Part shown: piece after piece, positions 8,515-18,372 of the stretch | Layout of the letters: the number at the start of each line of letters is the position of its first letter | Position numbering within the stretch: position 1 is the stretch's first letter | NCBI GenBank assembly: GCA_031422435.1 | Contig: JANPLU010000018.1 | Span: 1-25,538 of the forward strand | Length of the DNA: 25,538 nt | From: Acaryochloridaceae cyanobacterium VAR_48_metabat_390 | GTDB taxonomy: Bacteria; Cyanobacteriota; Cyanobacteriia; Thermosynechococcales; Thermosynechococcaceae | Direction: 5' to 3' | Notes under the pieces: model-generated | What the model was told of the DNA's origin: nothing | Database searches by the model: none | Seen by the model: only the letters and a program-made list of their open reading frames with translations | Translations under genes and position numbers: made by a program

Positions 8515-9012
8515 ATGGTTTATGCGATCGCCACCCTCAACCAAATGAGCCAAGCTGACTTTGTTGCAGCGCTAGGTGAAGTCTTTGAAGCAACGCCCAA
8601 TATTGCTCGTCAGGTTTGGCTTGGGCGACCGTTTAGCGACGTTGATTGTCTGCATGAGGCAATGGTCAACTGCGTTGATGCAATGTCGGATAGCGAAAAA
8701 CTGGTGCTGATTCAGGCGCACCCTGACTTAGGGGCAAGGGTCAAAATGGCGGAGGCGTCAGTGAAGGAGCAGGCTGGCGTAGGACTAGATCGGCTGAGTG
8801 CAGAGGAATTTGAGCAGTTTCAATCCCTCAATCAGCAATACAAAGCGCGGTTTGGGATTCCGTTTATTGTGGCAGTCAAAAACCATACAAAGACCAGCAT
8901 TTTAGCGTCGTTTGAGTGCCGTTTGCAGCACTCAGCTGAGGCGGAAATGGCACAGGCGCTCTCAGAGATTAAGAAAATTGCTAGGTTTCGACTGTTGGAT
9001 TTGGTGGGTTAG
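8515..9012 (+). CDS. uraD: OHCU decarboxylase
   Basis: AHPDLG, SVKEQAGVGL, YKARFGIPFIVAV, IARFRL; 3 nt downstream of uraH. Confidence 0.95.
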   Translation: MVYAIATLNQMSQADFVAALGEVFEATPNIARQVWLGRPFSDVDCLHEAMVNCVDAMSDSEKLVLIQAHPDLGARVKMAEASVKEQAGVGLDRLSAEEFEQFQSLNQQYKARFGIPFIVAVKNHTKTSILASFECRLQHSAEAEMAQALSEIKKIARFRLLDLVG

Positions 9013-9189
9013 GTTTACTTCCAACAACGATGTTGGCTGGTCATTTGCTCAGGCAGGATTACGCCAACCTAAGCGTTGCTCTAACTGAGGCATTCAAGTT
9101 TCGTGCAGAATTTCGTGAGTGCCGTTCTCTAACGCTTCTTTGTTCAACCTTATCAAACTGGGGTGGGTGTATGGAGGTTAGAAAACCTC

Positions 9190-10404
9190 TTAATTCCTGA
9201 TTTGAGAGGCCAGAAACTTGCCTAGCGCATCCGCCAGATAGCAATATTGCTCCACATGGTTATAGCGTTGGGCAGAAATACGAATGAGCCGCTGAGTTGG
9301 GTTAACCCAGGGAATAATCGGCACCTCGATGCGGTAATTCTCCCATAGCCAGTCTTGGAGGGTATCAATCCCATTAGTGCTGAACTGCGGCAGTCCAAAA
9401 GATGTGGGCAGGAGGACAGCGGCGATCGCCCCAATCATTTCCTCAGGACAAGGTAACGGCTGCTCTAGCGCCTCACACAAAATCTGACGAGCTTTTAGAG
9501 CTAAGGTGCGGTTCTGTGCCATTACTTCTAGCCAGCCGTTGGAGAAATGCAGGTTCATAAACTCAAACACTGCGGGTAAGCACAGATAGGGGGTGGGGTC
9601 ATGGGTTCCCGTCCAGTCAAACTCAAGCTGAAACCGTGAACGGTCAGTGCGGGGAGAGTTGGCACCGTGGCTGATGGTGAGAGGGCGGATCAGAGACTGG
9701 CGATCGCCCCTCACATACAGAAAACCAGCCCCTTTAGGCGCACACATTCACTTATGGCAGTTGCCCGTATAGTAGGCCGCTCCAATATCCAGCAGGTTGA
9801 GCGGCACCATCCCTGGGGCATGGGCACCATCCACTAAACTGTCGATGCCATGTTGCGCTAGGGCTTTGACTAACCTCTGGATCGGAAAGATCAGCGCGGT
9901 TGGGCTGGTAATGTGGTCTAGCAGTGCCAGCCTTGTACGGGACGTAACGCAATCTAAAACGGCCTGCACAATCTGCTCGGCATGTTCTACCGGAAACGGA
10001 ACATCTACCACCACAATCTTTGCACTCCAGCGTTGTGCCACAAACGCTAGGGCATTTCGACAGGCATTATAGGCATGGCTGGTGGAGAGTAACTCCTCAC
10101 CAGCCTCAAAGGTGAGCGACCTTAAAACGCTGTTAACCCCTGTCGTGGCGTTGGGGACAAATACAAGGTCCGCTGGGTCTGCATTCACAAATGCAGCAAG
10201 CGCAGCACGAGCCGTATCTAGCAATGGCTCAAACTCACGCATAACGAAGCGGAGTGGCTCTAGCTCTAGCTGCTGCCGAAATGCCTGCTGTTGCGCCAAA
10301 ACAGCGCTAGGGCAAGCGCCAAATGCCCCGTGGTTGAGAAACGTGACCGTTGGGTCAAGCTGCCAGAACTTTACAAAATCATTCGAGAAAACTGGAGGCT
10401 CCAT
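9190..10404 (-). pseudogene. Class-V PLP-dependent enzyme (isopenicillin N epimerase/EgtE/cysteine lyase-like) with one in-frame TGA at 9748-9750
   Basis: FLNHGAFG, NATTGVN, DHITSPT, VDGAH, GNCHK*MCAPKG. The two track ORFs (9748-10566 and 9190-9747) are in the same frame and abut. The true ATG at 10404 overlaps the upstream TAA (TAATG). Confidence 0.85.
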
Positions 10405-11303
10405 TAGGCGGCATACCCTACTTCCGTCAACACCGTGAGCGGTCCCAGCGCTTTGAGTTGCGCCAGTTGCGCTTGGTTTTTGACCAGCAGCGCCCCTGTA
10501 AACCCAAGGGAATTGACCGGAATACCGGAAATACTTTCTTGCGATCGCGGTACTACACACATCCACTGACGGGTCACGAGTAGGTTATAGGCCCCCAGTG
10601 GCTCTGTCGAATCTGCATTTATAAGCAGATTTAGGGAGCCTAAAAGCTGTTGATACTGCTGAAAAAGCGTCTCTGCAAAAGCTAAGGGCTGGGTGAAGTC
10701 GAGAGGGCTAAGATGGGCGATCGCATGGCGGTAAGGTAGCTTAGGGTTGCTGTGCCCCATTGTTTCCAGCATCAACGGCTCTAAGGGCAAGGGCGACCCA
10801 TCGGGGACAAAAGGGAGGGGTACAATCTGTAAATGCTTATGGCGCTGGCTGGCACCTGCGATTTGACCGCCGTTATAAAACCCTAGCCCGTCTATTTCGG
10901 CAAGTCCAAGGGCTAACGCCTGAAAATCTGCCAGGGTGAGCAGGCTATCTTGAGAAGCAAACTCACGGGTCACAATGAGAATGTGGTGATCCATGACGTT
11001 GAATTTATTGAGTAAGACCAGATGGGTGGGGGATAAATCCGCCACAAACAGGTTTGGGTCGTAGGGCAAAAATGGATTGTAGTTTTTGCTGCGCTGTAAA
11101 ACCGCCGTTTCTTTGCGCTGGATATTGGCAAGCACTCGCACTAAAAATCGCACGTTTTCGTGCTCAACCCATTCATAGAGGGTTGCGATGGGTTCAAGGG
11201 CACCACACGCAAGCGCCTGCTGCGTTTTCAGCCTGATTTTCGACCACAGCATTCCTGGTGCTAGCCATTGAGTATTAAGGGATGAAACAGGATCTTGAAC
11301 CAT
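10404..11303 (-). CDS. ATP adenylyltransferase / Ap4A phosphorylase (Apa2-like)
   Basis: NPFLPYD, LLNKFNV, GFYNGGQIAGASQRHKHLQ (HxHxQ), YNLLVT, VNSLGFTGALLV. Confidence 0.92.
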   Translation of the reverse strand: MVQDPVSSLNTQWLAPGMLWSKIRLKTQQALACGALEPIATLYEWVEHENVRFLVRVLANIQRKETAVLQRSKNYNPFLPYDPNLFVADLSPTHLVLLNKFNVMDHHILIVTREFASQDSLLTLADFQALALGLAEIDGLGFYNGGQIAGASQRHKHLQIVPLPFVPDGSPLPLEPLMLETMGHSNPKLPYRHAIAHLSPLDFTQPLAFAETLFQQYQQLLGSLNLLINADSTEPLGAYNLLVTRQWMCVVPRSQESISGIPVNSLGFTGALLVKNQAQLAQLKALGPLTVLTEVGYAA

Positions 11304-11311
11304 AGGTTTGG

Positions 11312-12358
11312 CTAAGGATAGATCAAAATTTTGTAGGTATCTGCACCTGGTTTAATGGCCTGTTCTACGGCGGCGTTGAGTTCGCTTAAAGGGTAGCGAT
11401 CGCTCACCAATGCCTCTACGTCTATGCGCCGATTAAACACAATATCGGCTGAGAGCTTTTGGAGACGATAGGAGGAGCTATAGCTGCCCATCAAATCAAT
11501 CTCGCGGCGATAAATCACGTTGGGGTTAATGGGAATTTCGAGTTCATCCGGAAATTCTGCGAAAAACAAAATTTTTCCGCCTTTACGGGTGCAGTCCAAC
11601 GCCTGAAAAAATGCCTTATCGCTCGGCACCGCAAGCAAACTCACGTCCACGCCCATCCCGTTTGTTGCAGCCTGAACCTTTTGAGTCAGCTCTGGGTCAC
11701 GGGCATCAAAGGCGGCAGTCGCACCCACGCTCAGGGCTTTTTCAATGCGGCTAGGGAGAAGATCGGTGGCGATCGCCCTGGCTCCTAAATAGTTCACCAG
11801 CATAATAAACATGAGGCCAATGGGGCCTGCTCCCGTCACCAAAACGGTCTGTCCGGGCTGAATCTGCGCCTTTTTAACGGCCTTCATACAGCAGTTGGTG
11901 GGTTCTACAAAGCTGGCCTGCTCAAAGGTAATACTGCTGGGGATTTCCATTAGGCCGCCGTTGCGAACGATATGCCCTGGCACTTTGACATACTCCGCAA
12001 AGCCGCCGCCGCTGGGGGTAAAGCCGGCGGTGGTGGTGATGTTTTTGTAAACGTCACACATAGAGTAGCTTTCATTGAAGCAGTAGTCACAGTGCATACA
12101 GGGGATGTGATGCAGCACAATCACGCGCTGGCCTGCTTGCCAACCCTTCACGTCAGCGCCAGTCGCCGAGATCACCCCAGCCGTTTCGTGCCCAAAAATG
12201 CGGGGTGGCTCGTAGAGTGGGTAGCGGATCTTTTTGATGTCTGACTGGCATAACCCCACCACCTTCACCTGAACCAGTACCTCATCCGATTCAAGCTCCG
12301 GCAGGGGCACCTCTTCATAGCTAAGCTGATTAACGCCACGAAGCACTTGGGCTTTCAT
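11312..12358 (-). CDS. Zinc-dependent medium-chain dehydrogenase (sorbitol/threonine dehydrogenase-like)
   Basis: GLCQSD, GHETAG, structural Zn motif CxxCxxC...C, GAGPIG nucleotide-binding loop. Confidence 0.92.
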   Translation of the reverse strand: MKAQVLRGVNQLSYEEVPLPELESDEVLVQVKVVGLCQSDIKKIRYPLYEPPRIFGHETAGVISATGADVKGWQAGQRVIVLHHIPCMHCDYCFNESYSMCDVYKNITTTAGFTPSGGGFAEYVKVPGHIVRNGGLMEIPSSITFEQASFVEPTNCCMKAVKKAQIQPGQTVLVTGAGPIGLMFIMLVNYLGARAIATDLLPSRIEKALSVGATAAFDARDPELTQKVQAATNGMGVDVSLLAVPSDKAFFQALDCTRKGGKILFFAEFPDELEIPINPNVIYRREIDLMGSYSSSYRLQKLSADIVFNRRIDVEALVSDRYPLSELNAAVEQAIKPGADTYKILIYP

Positions 12359-12618
12359 CGGAACCTTTACGAATAGGGAGTATGGAAGTCAGAGAACTCG
12401 CCTCTAGCGTACACCGTATTTCTTGTCTAAGATTTTTCACTTTATCGTTGAGTTGGCGCAATATCCTGATAATGGTGCCCGCTAGTGAGGATTCCAAGAT
12501 GCATCGCAGTGCCGTCTGTACATCTTCTTGCTACATTTCCTGTAAGATTACAGACCTAATGGAATGCCCCCAGTACATTGTTCACCAGACTGTTTTTAAC
12601 GCTTGCTTAATCAGATCG

Positions 12619-14208
12619 ATGAAATTATGTTCTCGTTCTAAATCTAGGAACAAAACCCTGATCCTCCTGTGTGGCTCAATGCTGCTAGAGCTGTGGGGAT
12701 GCGGACTCTGGGTCCAAACGCTGGGAATGAAGCTTAGCGATCGCCCACTCTCTCTTTCATCTAAAAATGAACTTTCTCTAGAAAAGGCAGCAAAGGGAAA
12801 GGTGAAAGGCATTACCATCTTCCCTAATCGCCCACTCCTGCCGCTTTCTCCCCATCCCGTTGGCATGAACCTGCACGTTACCAACGACGCCACGCGTCCC
12901 GGCATGGTCGAGATGATTCGGCGGACTAAAGCGCAGATTGTCCGATGGCCTGGAGGGTCTGAGTCTGATATCTATCAGTGGCGCACCCATCGACTTACGC
13001 CACCCTGGTACGCACATCCCAACTCCACCTTTGACCGCTTTATGCGGCGCCTAGCTCAACCTGCCCAGGTGGAGGTTGCCATTACCCTCAACTATGGAAG
13101 CAGTCCTACGGGAAAAGGCGGCGGCGATGCCCAGGAGGCAGCAGCTTGGGTAGCAGACGCTAAAGCCAAAGGGTACCGTGTCGCCTACTGGACTGTCGGC
13201 AATGAAGTCTTTGGTTCTTGGTCAACAGACCTCAACGAAAAGCCCCACGATGCGGCTACCTATGCCGCCAAGGTTGCCAATACGTTCTATCCCAAAATTA
13301 AGGCCGTAGACCCCCAGGCAAAAGTGGGCGTTGTGGTGAATCAGTACGATACCCTCAACCCCAACGGCTGGACTCAAACCGTCCTCAAGCGCGCCCGCTA
13401 CGATTTTGTAGAAGTTCACCACTACCCTCAAGCACCCAACGGTGGCAGCGATGAATTTCTGTTGACCCAAGCCGTCCCGCAGTTTCGGCAGATGATGTTG
13501 AACTTGCAGAAGGCGATGGGAAATCGCCCTGTCCCCATCCTGATTGGCGAATTCAACAACGTTGCTCGTAAACCCAATCGGCAAAGCCTGTCTATTACTA
13601 ATGCGCTGTACCACGGCCTGATGTATGCCGAGGGTGCGAAACTTGGCCTTGCGGGAGTATTCCCGTGGGAGACCCTGGAAGACTACTGTACCCATCCCGC
13701 TCAAACCAATCTGGAGCCAGGAGACTTTAACCCTAGGCTTTACGGCTGGCAAAATTTTGGAACCTATTCTTTATTTAGTTTGGGGTTGCCCAGCAATAGC
13801 CCTAGCTGTAGCCGCAGTGTGCCTATCATCCCTTTTGGAACCGCTTTCCCCACTGCTCATGCCGCTACCCTATTTGGAGAATTTGCCGCACCCCGTGAAC
13901 GATTGCTGCAAACGAGTATCGCTGCGAACTTTCCACGTCTAAGAGCCTATGCTGCCACACAGAGGGAAGGCTATCGTGTGCTGCTGTTTAATTTGGATTT
14001 TAAAACTGCTGTCAAGGTTCCCCTTCATCTCAATAGCGCTGCTGGATCTTGGAATGGTCAGCAGATCACCTATGGTAAAGCCGAGTACGATCAGTCTCAG
14101 TATGGGTTCTGGGCTGGCCCCACTCGTCAAACCTTGGGACAAGTGAAGTCAGGCGTTCAGATTACGCTGCCCCCTTGGAGTATGAGTGTCATTGCACTGG
14201 AGCGCTAG
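12619..14208 (+). CDS. Clan GH-A glycoside hydrolase (GH51/GH79-like, probably exported or membrane-anchored)
   Basis: RWPGGS, acid/base WTVGNE, VHHYP, nucleophile IGEFN, C-terminal TLPPWSM beta-sandwich ending; hydrophobic N-terminal stretch. Start uncertain: the ORF is open from 12382. Confidence 0.8.
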   Translation: MKLCSRSKSRNKTLILLCGSMLLELWGCGLWVQTLGMKLSDRPLSLSSKNELSLEKAAKGKVKGITIFPNRPLLPLSPHPVGMNLHVTNDATRPGMVEMIRRTKAQIVRWPGGSESDIYQWRTHRLTPPWYAHPNSTFDRFMRRLAQPAQVEVAITLNYGSSPTGKGGGDAQEAAAWVADAKAKGYRVAYWTVGNEVFGSWSTDLNEKPHDAATYAAKVANTFYPKIKAVDPQAKVGVVVNQYDTLNPNGWTQTVLKRARYDFVEVHHYPQAPNGGSDEFLLTQAVPQFRQMMLNLQKAMGNRPVPILIGEFNNVARKPNRQSLSITNALYHGLMYAEGAKLGLAGVFPWETLEDYCTHPAQTNLEPGDFNPRLYGWQNFGTYSLFSLGLPSNSPSCSRSVPIIPFGTAFPTAHAATLFGEFAAPRERLLQTSIAANFPRLRAYAATQREGYRVLLFNLDFKTAVKVPLHLNSAAGSWNGQQITYGKAEYDQSQYGFWAGPTRQTLGQVKSGVQITLPPWSMSVIALER

Positions 14209-14728
14209 GGTTATCACCCTTCCCTTTTTGCGCCATCAGCTCAGCGGGTTTCAGACGTTCATAGCGTTCAAAGGGCTGATGGATCCAAGGGTTGTCGGGT
14301 AGATATTCTGCATAATAGTCAGGGATAAATGCAGAGCAGTCTTTGTACCACAGCACCGCCGTCCGCACTTCGTCAATGTAAAACCCGTATTTGCGATCAA
14401 GCCACACCAAAGACTTCTTGAGCGTCATGCCAGAATCGACCAGATCATCCACCACCAGTAAGCGATTTCCTAGGTTGGGCGTGGTCATGGTTAAGTCACG
14501 CCCAAAGGTAATAGAGCCGCGCACCTGATTATTGATGCCCCCATAGGAAGACGCAGACAAAATGGCAAGGGGTAGGTCAAATAGTCGAGCAAAGGTGTCC
14601 CCCACCCGCAAACCGCCCTTGGCAAGACATACAATTTGATTAAACGCCCAGTCAGACTCGTGAACGGCAATGGCTAAAGCTTCAATGGCGTGGTGATAGT
14701 CATCCCACGAAACATGGAGATCGCGCAT
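14189..14728 (-). CDS. Type I phosphoribosyltransferase (xanthine/hypoxanthine-guanine PRT-like)
   Basis: VSWDDY, LAKGGL, PRPP-binding LVVDDLVDSGMT, WIHQPFE. True start ATG at 14728. Confidence 0.9.
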   Translation of the reverse strand: MRDLHVSWDDYHHAIEALAIAVHESDWAFNQIVCLAKGGLRVGDTFARLFDLPLAILSASSYGGINNQVRGSITFGRDLTMTTPNLGNRLLVVDDLVDSGMTLKKSLVWLDRKYGFYIDEVRTAVLWYKDCSAFIPDYYAEYLPDNPWIHQPFERYERLKPAELMAQKGKGDNPSAPVQ

Positions 14729-14792
14729 GGAGTTGTTAGAGGAAATGGAAAATGAGTAACCTAAGGGTATCAGGATTAGTGAGGATGCTGCG

Positions 14793-15176
14793 ATGAATTC
14801 CGATACGGCAATTGATTTTTTGAAGAAGGGCTTTCGGATCACGTTGGGAGCCTCTACCTCTCTCGTGGAATCCATCCAAGATCCCCTCAAGCGTGAAGAA
14901 AACCTCGCGCAGATGCAGTCTAACCCCAATGCCTTTGCCGAAAAGCTGGCAGAAAAAGGCGCTGTGGCAGAGGGTGAAGCTCGTAAGTTTGTAGATAGCG
15001 TTGTCACCCAGTACAGCGCGAGTAGCCCCTCTGCTGCGCCTTCTGGCAGCTACGCCTCTCCTGCTACAACGTCGTCTATTGACCCCACCCTAGAGCGAGA
15101 GCTGCGGGAGTTTACGGTTCAACTGGCGATGCTGCGCGCTGAGTTAAGTCAAAGCAACAGCTCTGAGTCTGTATAG
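14793..15176 (+). CDS. Conserved hypothetical helical protein (phasin-like features)
   Basis: KGFRITLGA and EKGAVAEGEARKFVD, Ser/Ala/Pro linker, C-terminal coiled coil. Confidence 0.75.
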   Translation: MNSDTAIDFLKKGFRITLGASTSLVESIQDPLKREENLAQMQSNPNAFAEKLAEKGAVAEGEARKFVDSVVTQYSASSPSAAPSGSYASPATTSSIDPTLERELREFTVQLAMLRAELSQSNSSESV

Positions 15177-15226
15177 GTTGGGTCACTCAATCGCTGGCTC
15201 TGGCTTCTGATTCAAGGAGAATTCCA

Positions 15227-15811
15227 ATGAAGCTGAATTTAACCCAATGGATAGAGCGAAATGGCGGTCGGTGGTGGAGGGCAGCCATTGCCGCTGGGAT
15301 GCTCACCATGAGCTTAGGGAGCCTTCCGGCGATCGCCGTTCGATTTTCAGACGGTACGGTTCAGTTTGCAGGGGTACCCCGCCTCGATAAAGTCACCACC
15401 ACCGATAACCAAGCCTATGCTTGGGGCGCAACCTATTTATTTACGCTCCAAGTCCCTAAAGATGCCAGCGAGCCGCTGGGTCGAGTGGTCTTGCGACAGG
15501 AAGAAGGATTGGACTCAGTTGAGTTTAATTTGGGTCGCACCTATGCTTACCTGAACGGCGATCGCGCCCAAACCACCGCCATTGAGGCTCTCAGCTCCAA
15601 TTCAGAGACCCTCGATCTTACTTTTAACCCGCCCATCCCACCAGGGTCAACCGTAACCATCGGGCTGCGACCCTACAGCAATCCTCAGACAGGCGGCGTT
15701 TACCTATTTGGCGTGACCACCGCGCCAGCCGGAGACAAGGTGCGGAGCCAGTTTGTGGGCTATGGACGGCTTCAGTTCTATGACCGCTCCTTTTGGCGCT
15801 CTTTCTGGTAA
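15227..15811 (+). CDS. DUF2808-family exported protein
   Basis: AAGGAG RBS, signal peptide, [29 protein letters not shown]. Confidence 0.85.
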   Translation: MKLNLTQWIERNGGRWWRAAIAAGMLTMSLGSLPAIAVRFSDGTVQFAGVPRLDKVTTTDNQAYAWGATYLFTLQVPKDASEPLGRVVLRQEEGLDSVEFNLGRTYAYLNGDRAQTTAIEALSSNSETLDLTFNPPIPPGSTVTIGLRPYSNPQTGGVYLFGVTTAPAGDKVRSQFVGYGRLQFYDRSFWRSFW

Positions 15812-15824
15812 AGGTGCTGCTACC

Positions 15825-17003
15825 GTGCCGCTGTCCCCAACGCCCTACGACTGGATTGACGATGCGCTAGCCGCCATTCATCGCGCGCACTGGTATCGAC
15901 AGGTGAGAGTCATTACGTCTGGAGCTGGCTCTGTCGTGGTGCTAGAGGGCAAGCCAATGCTCAATTTTGCCAGCAATGATTATTTAGGGCTGGCAGGCGA
16001 CCAACGGCTGAAGCAGGCTGCGAGCGATGCAATTTCACGCTACGGAACGGGCAGTACCGGATCTCGGCTCACCAGCGGTCAGCTTCCCATTCATGATGAA
16101 CTAGAAACGGCGATCGCCCAGTGGAAGCAAACCGAAGCGGCGATGGTGTTCAGCTCTGGCTACACCGCCAACCTGGGGGCAATCACGGCGCTGGTGGGCG
16201 CAAAGGATCTGATTTTAGGCGACATCTACAATCACTCCAGCCTTAAAAATGGGGCAAAGCTGAGTGGTGCCGTGGGGTTTGACTATGCCCACAACGATGT
16301 GGCTCAGCTCCGGCTTTTGCTAGAGCAGCATCGGTCGCACCACCGCCGCTGCCTAGTGCTAACGGATGGCGTGTTTAGTATGGATGGCGATATCTGTGCG
16401 CTGCCAAAGATTTTGGCGCTAGCGGCAGAATTTAGCTGCATGGTTTTAATAGACGATGCCCACGGCACAGGCGTGATGGGCGCAACGGGGGCTGGGTGCA
16501 TTGAGCAGTTGGGCTGTAGCAAAATGCCCCTGGTTCACATGGGTACCTTAAGCAAAGCCTTAGGCAGCTTAGGCGGCTATGTCGCAGGTTCCGCCGCCCT
16601 CATTGATTTTTTACGCAACCGCGCCGCCACCTGGATTTACACGACCGCCCTGTCCCCTGCCGACACTGCCGCTGCCCTTGCCGCCGTTCAGATTGTGCAG
16701 GCCGAACCAGCGCGCCGCCAGCAGCTTTGGGAGCGGGTCACTCAGCTTAAGCAGATGCTTCAGACGTGCGATCACCTTAAAATGCTGCCTTCAGAATCGC
16801 CGATTGTATGCCTACAGCTACCTACTGCTGAAGCGGCACTTCAGGTGAGTCACCAGCTCTCAGAACAGGACATTTTTGCCCCGGCAATTCGTCCGCCGAC
16901 GGTGCCCACCAGCCGGATTCGACTCTCTGTGATGGCAACCCATCAGCCAGCGCATATTGAGGCACTAGGAAAGGCGATCGCGCAACTTAATCTCCCTTCT
17001 TGA
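15825..17003 (+). CDS. bioF: 8-amino-7-oxononanoate synthase
   Basis: [55 protein letters not shown] at 15825 preferred (AAAGG upstream, no overlap with DUF2808). Confidence 0.95.
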   Translation: MPLSPTPYDWIDDALAAIHRAHWYRQVRVITSGAGSVVVLEGKPMLNFASNDYLGLAGDQRLKQAASDAISRYGTGSTGSRLTSGQLPIHDELETAIAQWKQTEAAMVFSSGYTANLGAITALVGAKDLILGDIYNHSSLKNGAKLSGAVGFDYAHNDVAQLRLLLEQHRSHHRRCLVLTDGVFSMDGDICALPKILALAAEFSCMVLIDDAHGTGVMGATGAGCIEQLGCSKMPLVHMGTLSKALGSLGGYVAGSAALIDFLRNRAATWIYTTALSPADTAAALAAVQIVQAEPARRQQLWERVTQLKQMLQTCDHLKMLPSESPIVCLQLPTAEAALQVSHQLSEQDIFAPAIRPPTVPTSRIRLSVMATHQPAHIEALGKAIAQLNLPS

Positions 17004-17091
17004 TCTCCCTTAAATTTGGGTCAGGTTCAATTGAGAAGCCCTTAAGGCCATAATAAGGTCACATTTGTTTTTTAATATATAAACTCAACCC

Positions 17092-18189
17092 GTGAACCTA
17101 AAAAATCGTATTTTTCTGGTCTTGCTATTGTTCATTCCGCTCTCCCTCGCTGCCGAATGGCTTAAGCTTGACCCTCTCATTGTCTTTGTGACGGCAAGTT
17201 TGTCCATCGTCCCCCTCGCCTCATGGATGGGGATGGCAACAGAAGAAATTGCCGTTGTGGTAGGCCCTACCCTAGGAGGCTTACTCAACGCCACCTTCGG
17301 CAACGCCACCGAGCTAATTATTGCGCTCATTGCCCTCAAAGCAGGCTTAATTGAAGTCGTAAAAGCCAGCTTAACGGGTTCTATTATTGGCAACCTGCTA
17401 CTGGTCATGGGTCTATCCATGTTTCTGGGGGGGTTGCGCTATAAAGAGCAAACCTTTCAGCCCGTCATTGCCCGTGTCAACGCCTCTCTGATGAACCTAG
17501 CCGTCATCGCCATTTTATTGCCCACGGCTTTTCACTTTTCTGCACCCAGTATTCAGGCTCCTCAAATTCAGAAATTTTCGATCGCCGTCTCGATCATTTT
17601 GATCGCCGTCTACTGCCTCACGCTGCTGTTCTCCATGAAAACCCACAGCTATCTCTACGATGTAGGCGTTGCTGAAAATGAGGAGGAAGAGCTTAGCACT
17701 CACTCCTCTAGCCATCCCCACCCTCCCAATCTCAAACTGTGGGTCGGCGTACTGTTCGCCGCGACAATCGCCGTTGCCGTAGAGTCAGAACTCCTCGTCA
17801 GCAGCTTAGAAGTTGCGACGGAAACCCTAGGGCTAACGCCGCTCTTTACTGGGGTTATCCTGCTGCCCATCATCGGCAATGCCGCCGAACATGCCACTGC
17901 CGTCACCGTTGCCATGAAAAATAAGATGGATCTCTCGGTATCCGTTGCCGTTGGCTCTAGCCTCCAAATTGCGCTGTTTGTCGCGCCCGTGCTGGTGCTG
18001 GTGGGCTGGCTGATGGGTCAGCCAATGGATTTAGATTTCAACCCCTTTGAGCTGGTTGCCGTTGCGGTCTCGGTTCTTATTGCCAACTCCATTAGCTCAG
18101 ATGGTCAATCGAACTGGCTCGAAGGAATGCTCTTGCTGGCAACATATATTGTGCTAGGACTCGCTTTCTATTTTCATCCCGCAGGATAA
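17092..18189 (+). CDS. cax: Ca2+/H+ antiporter (CaCA family)
   Basis: Alpha repeats NATFGNATE, GSIIGNLLL, GNAAEH, GSSLQIALF; acidic EEEE loop; about 11 TM segments. Confidence 0.93.
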   Translation: MNLKNRIFLVLLLFIPLSLAAEWLKLDPLIVFVTASLSIVPLASWMGMATEEIAVVVGPTLGGLLNATFGNATELIIALIALKAGLIEVVKASLTGSIIGNLLLVMGLSMFLGGLRYKEQTFQPVIARVNASLMNLAVIAILLPTAFHFSAPSIQAPQIQKFSIAVSIILIAVYCLTLLFSMKTHSYLYDVGVAENEEEELSTHSSSHPHPPNLKLWVGVLFAATIAVAVESELLVSSLEVATETLGLTPLFTGVILLPIIGNAAEHATAVTVAMKNKMDLSVSVAVGSSLQIALFVAPVLVLVGWLMGQPMDLDFNPFELVAVAVSVLIANSISSDGQSNWLEGMLLLATYIVLGLAFYFHPAG

Positions 18190-18372
18190 AAAAGATTTTA
18201 ATCTCGTTAGATTGCAATTTTCTCTGGGCACTCTGAGAGTAGGTGAAGTGCTGTCTTTCTCAAAAGCTCTGATGTTTTAGAGAGATTATCTCCCTGAAGT
18301 CAGGCTTAGGAGGCGTGCGATCGCTCATGATTTACCGACAGCAAATCATGCCAGCATATTCGGGGGGACTCT

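Noticed and set aside
9030..9200. 56-codon plus-strand ORF after uraD (MLAGHLLRQDYANL...)
   Set aside because: No clear RBS and no recognisable motif; cannot be supported without a search.
9700..9750. Selenocysteine or genetic code 4 explanation for the in-frame TGA
   Set aside because: The aligned residue is Trp, not Cys; I see no convincing SECIS-like hairpin downstream; other genes in the window use TGA as a true stop (e.g. uraH after YRGS).
10405..10566. 54-aa N-terminal extension of the PLP enzyme in the ORF track
   Set aside because: It overlaps the Ap4A phosphorylase coding region; the TAATG junction marks the real start at 10404.
12382..12618. 79-aa N-terminal extension of the glycoside hydrolase
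   Set aside because: Cys/Ser-rich and not protein-like, and it would leave only 23 bp for two divergent promoters.
14729..15007. 93-aa N-terminal extension of the PRT
   Set aside because: Largely antisense to the 14793-15176 gene; family similarity begins at MRDLHVSW.
18225..18350. Glycine or c-di-AMP riboswitch-like fragments (GAGAG...CTGAAG; CCGACAGC) upstream of the FHA gene
   Set aside because: Only isolated short matches; the required conserved cores and their order are absent.
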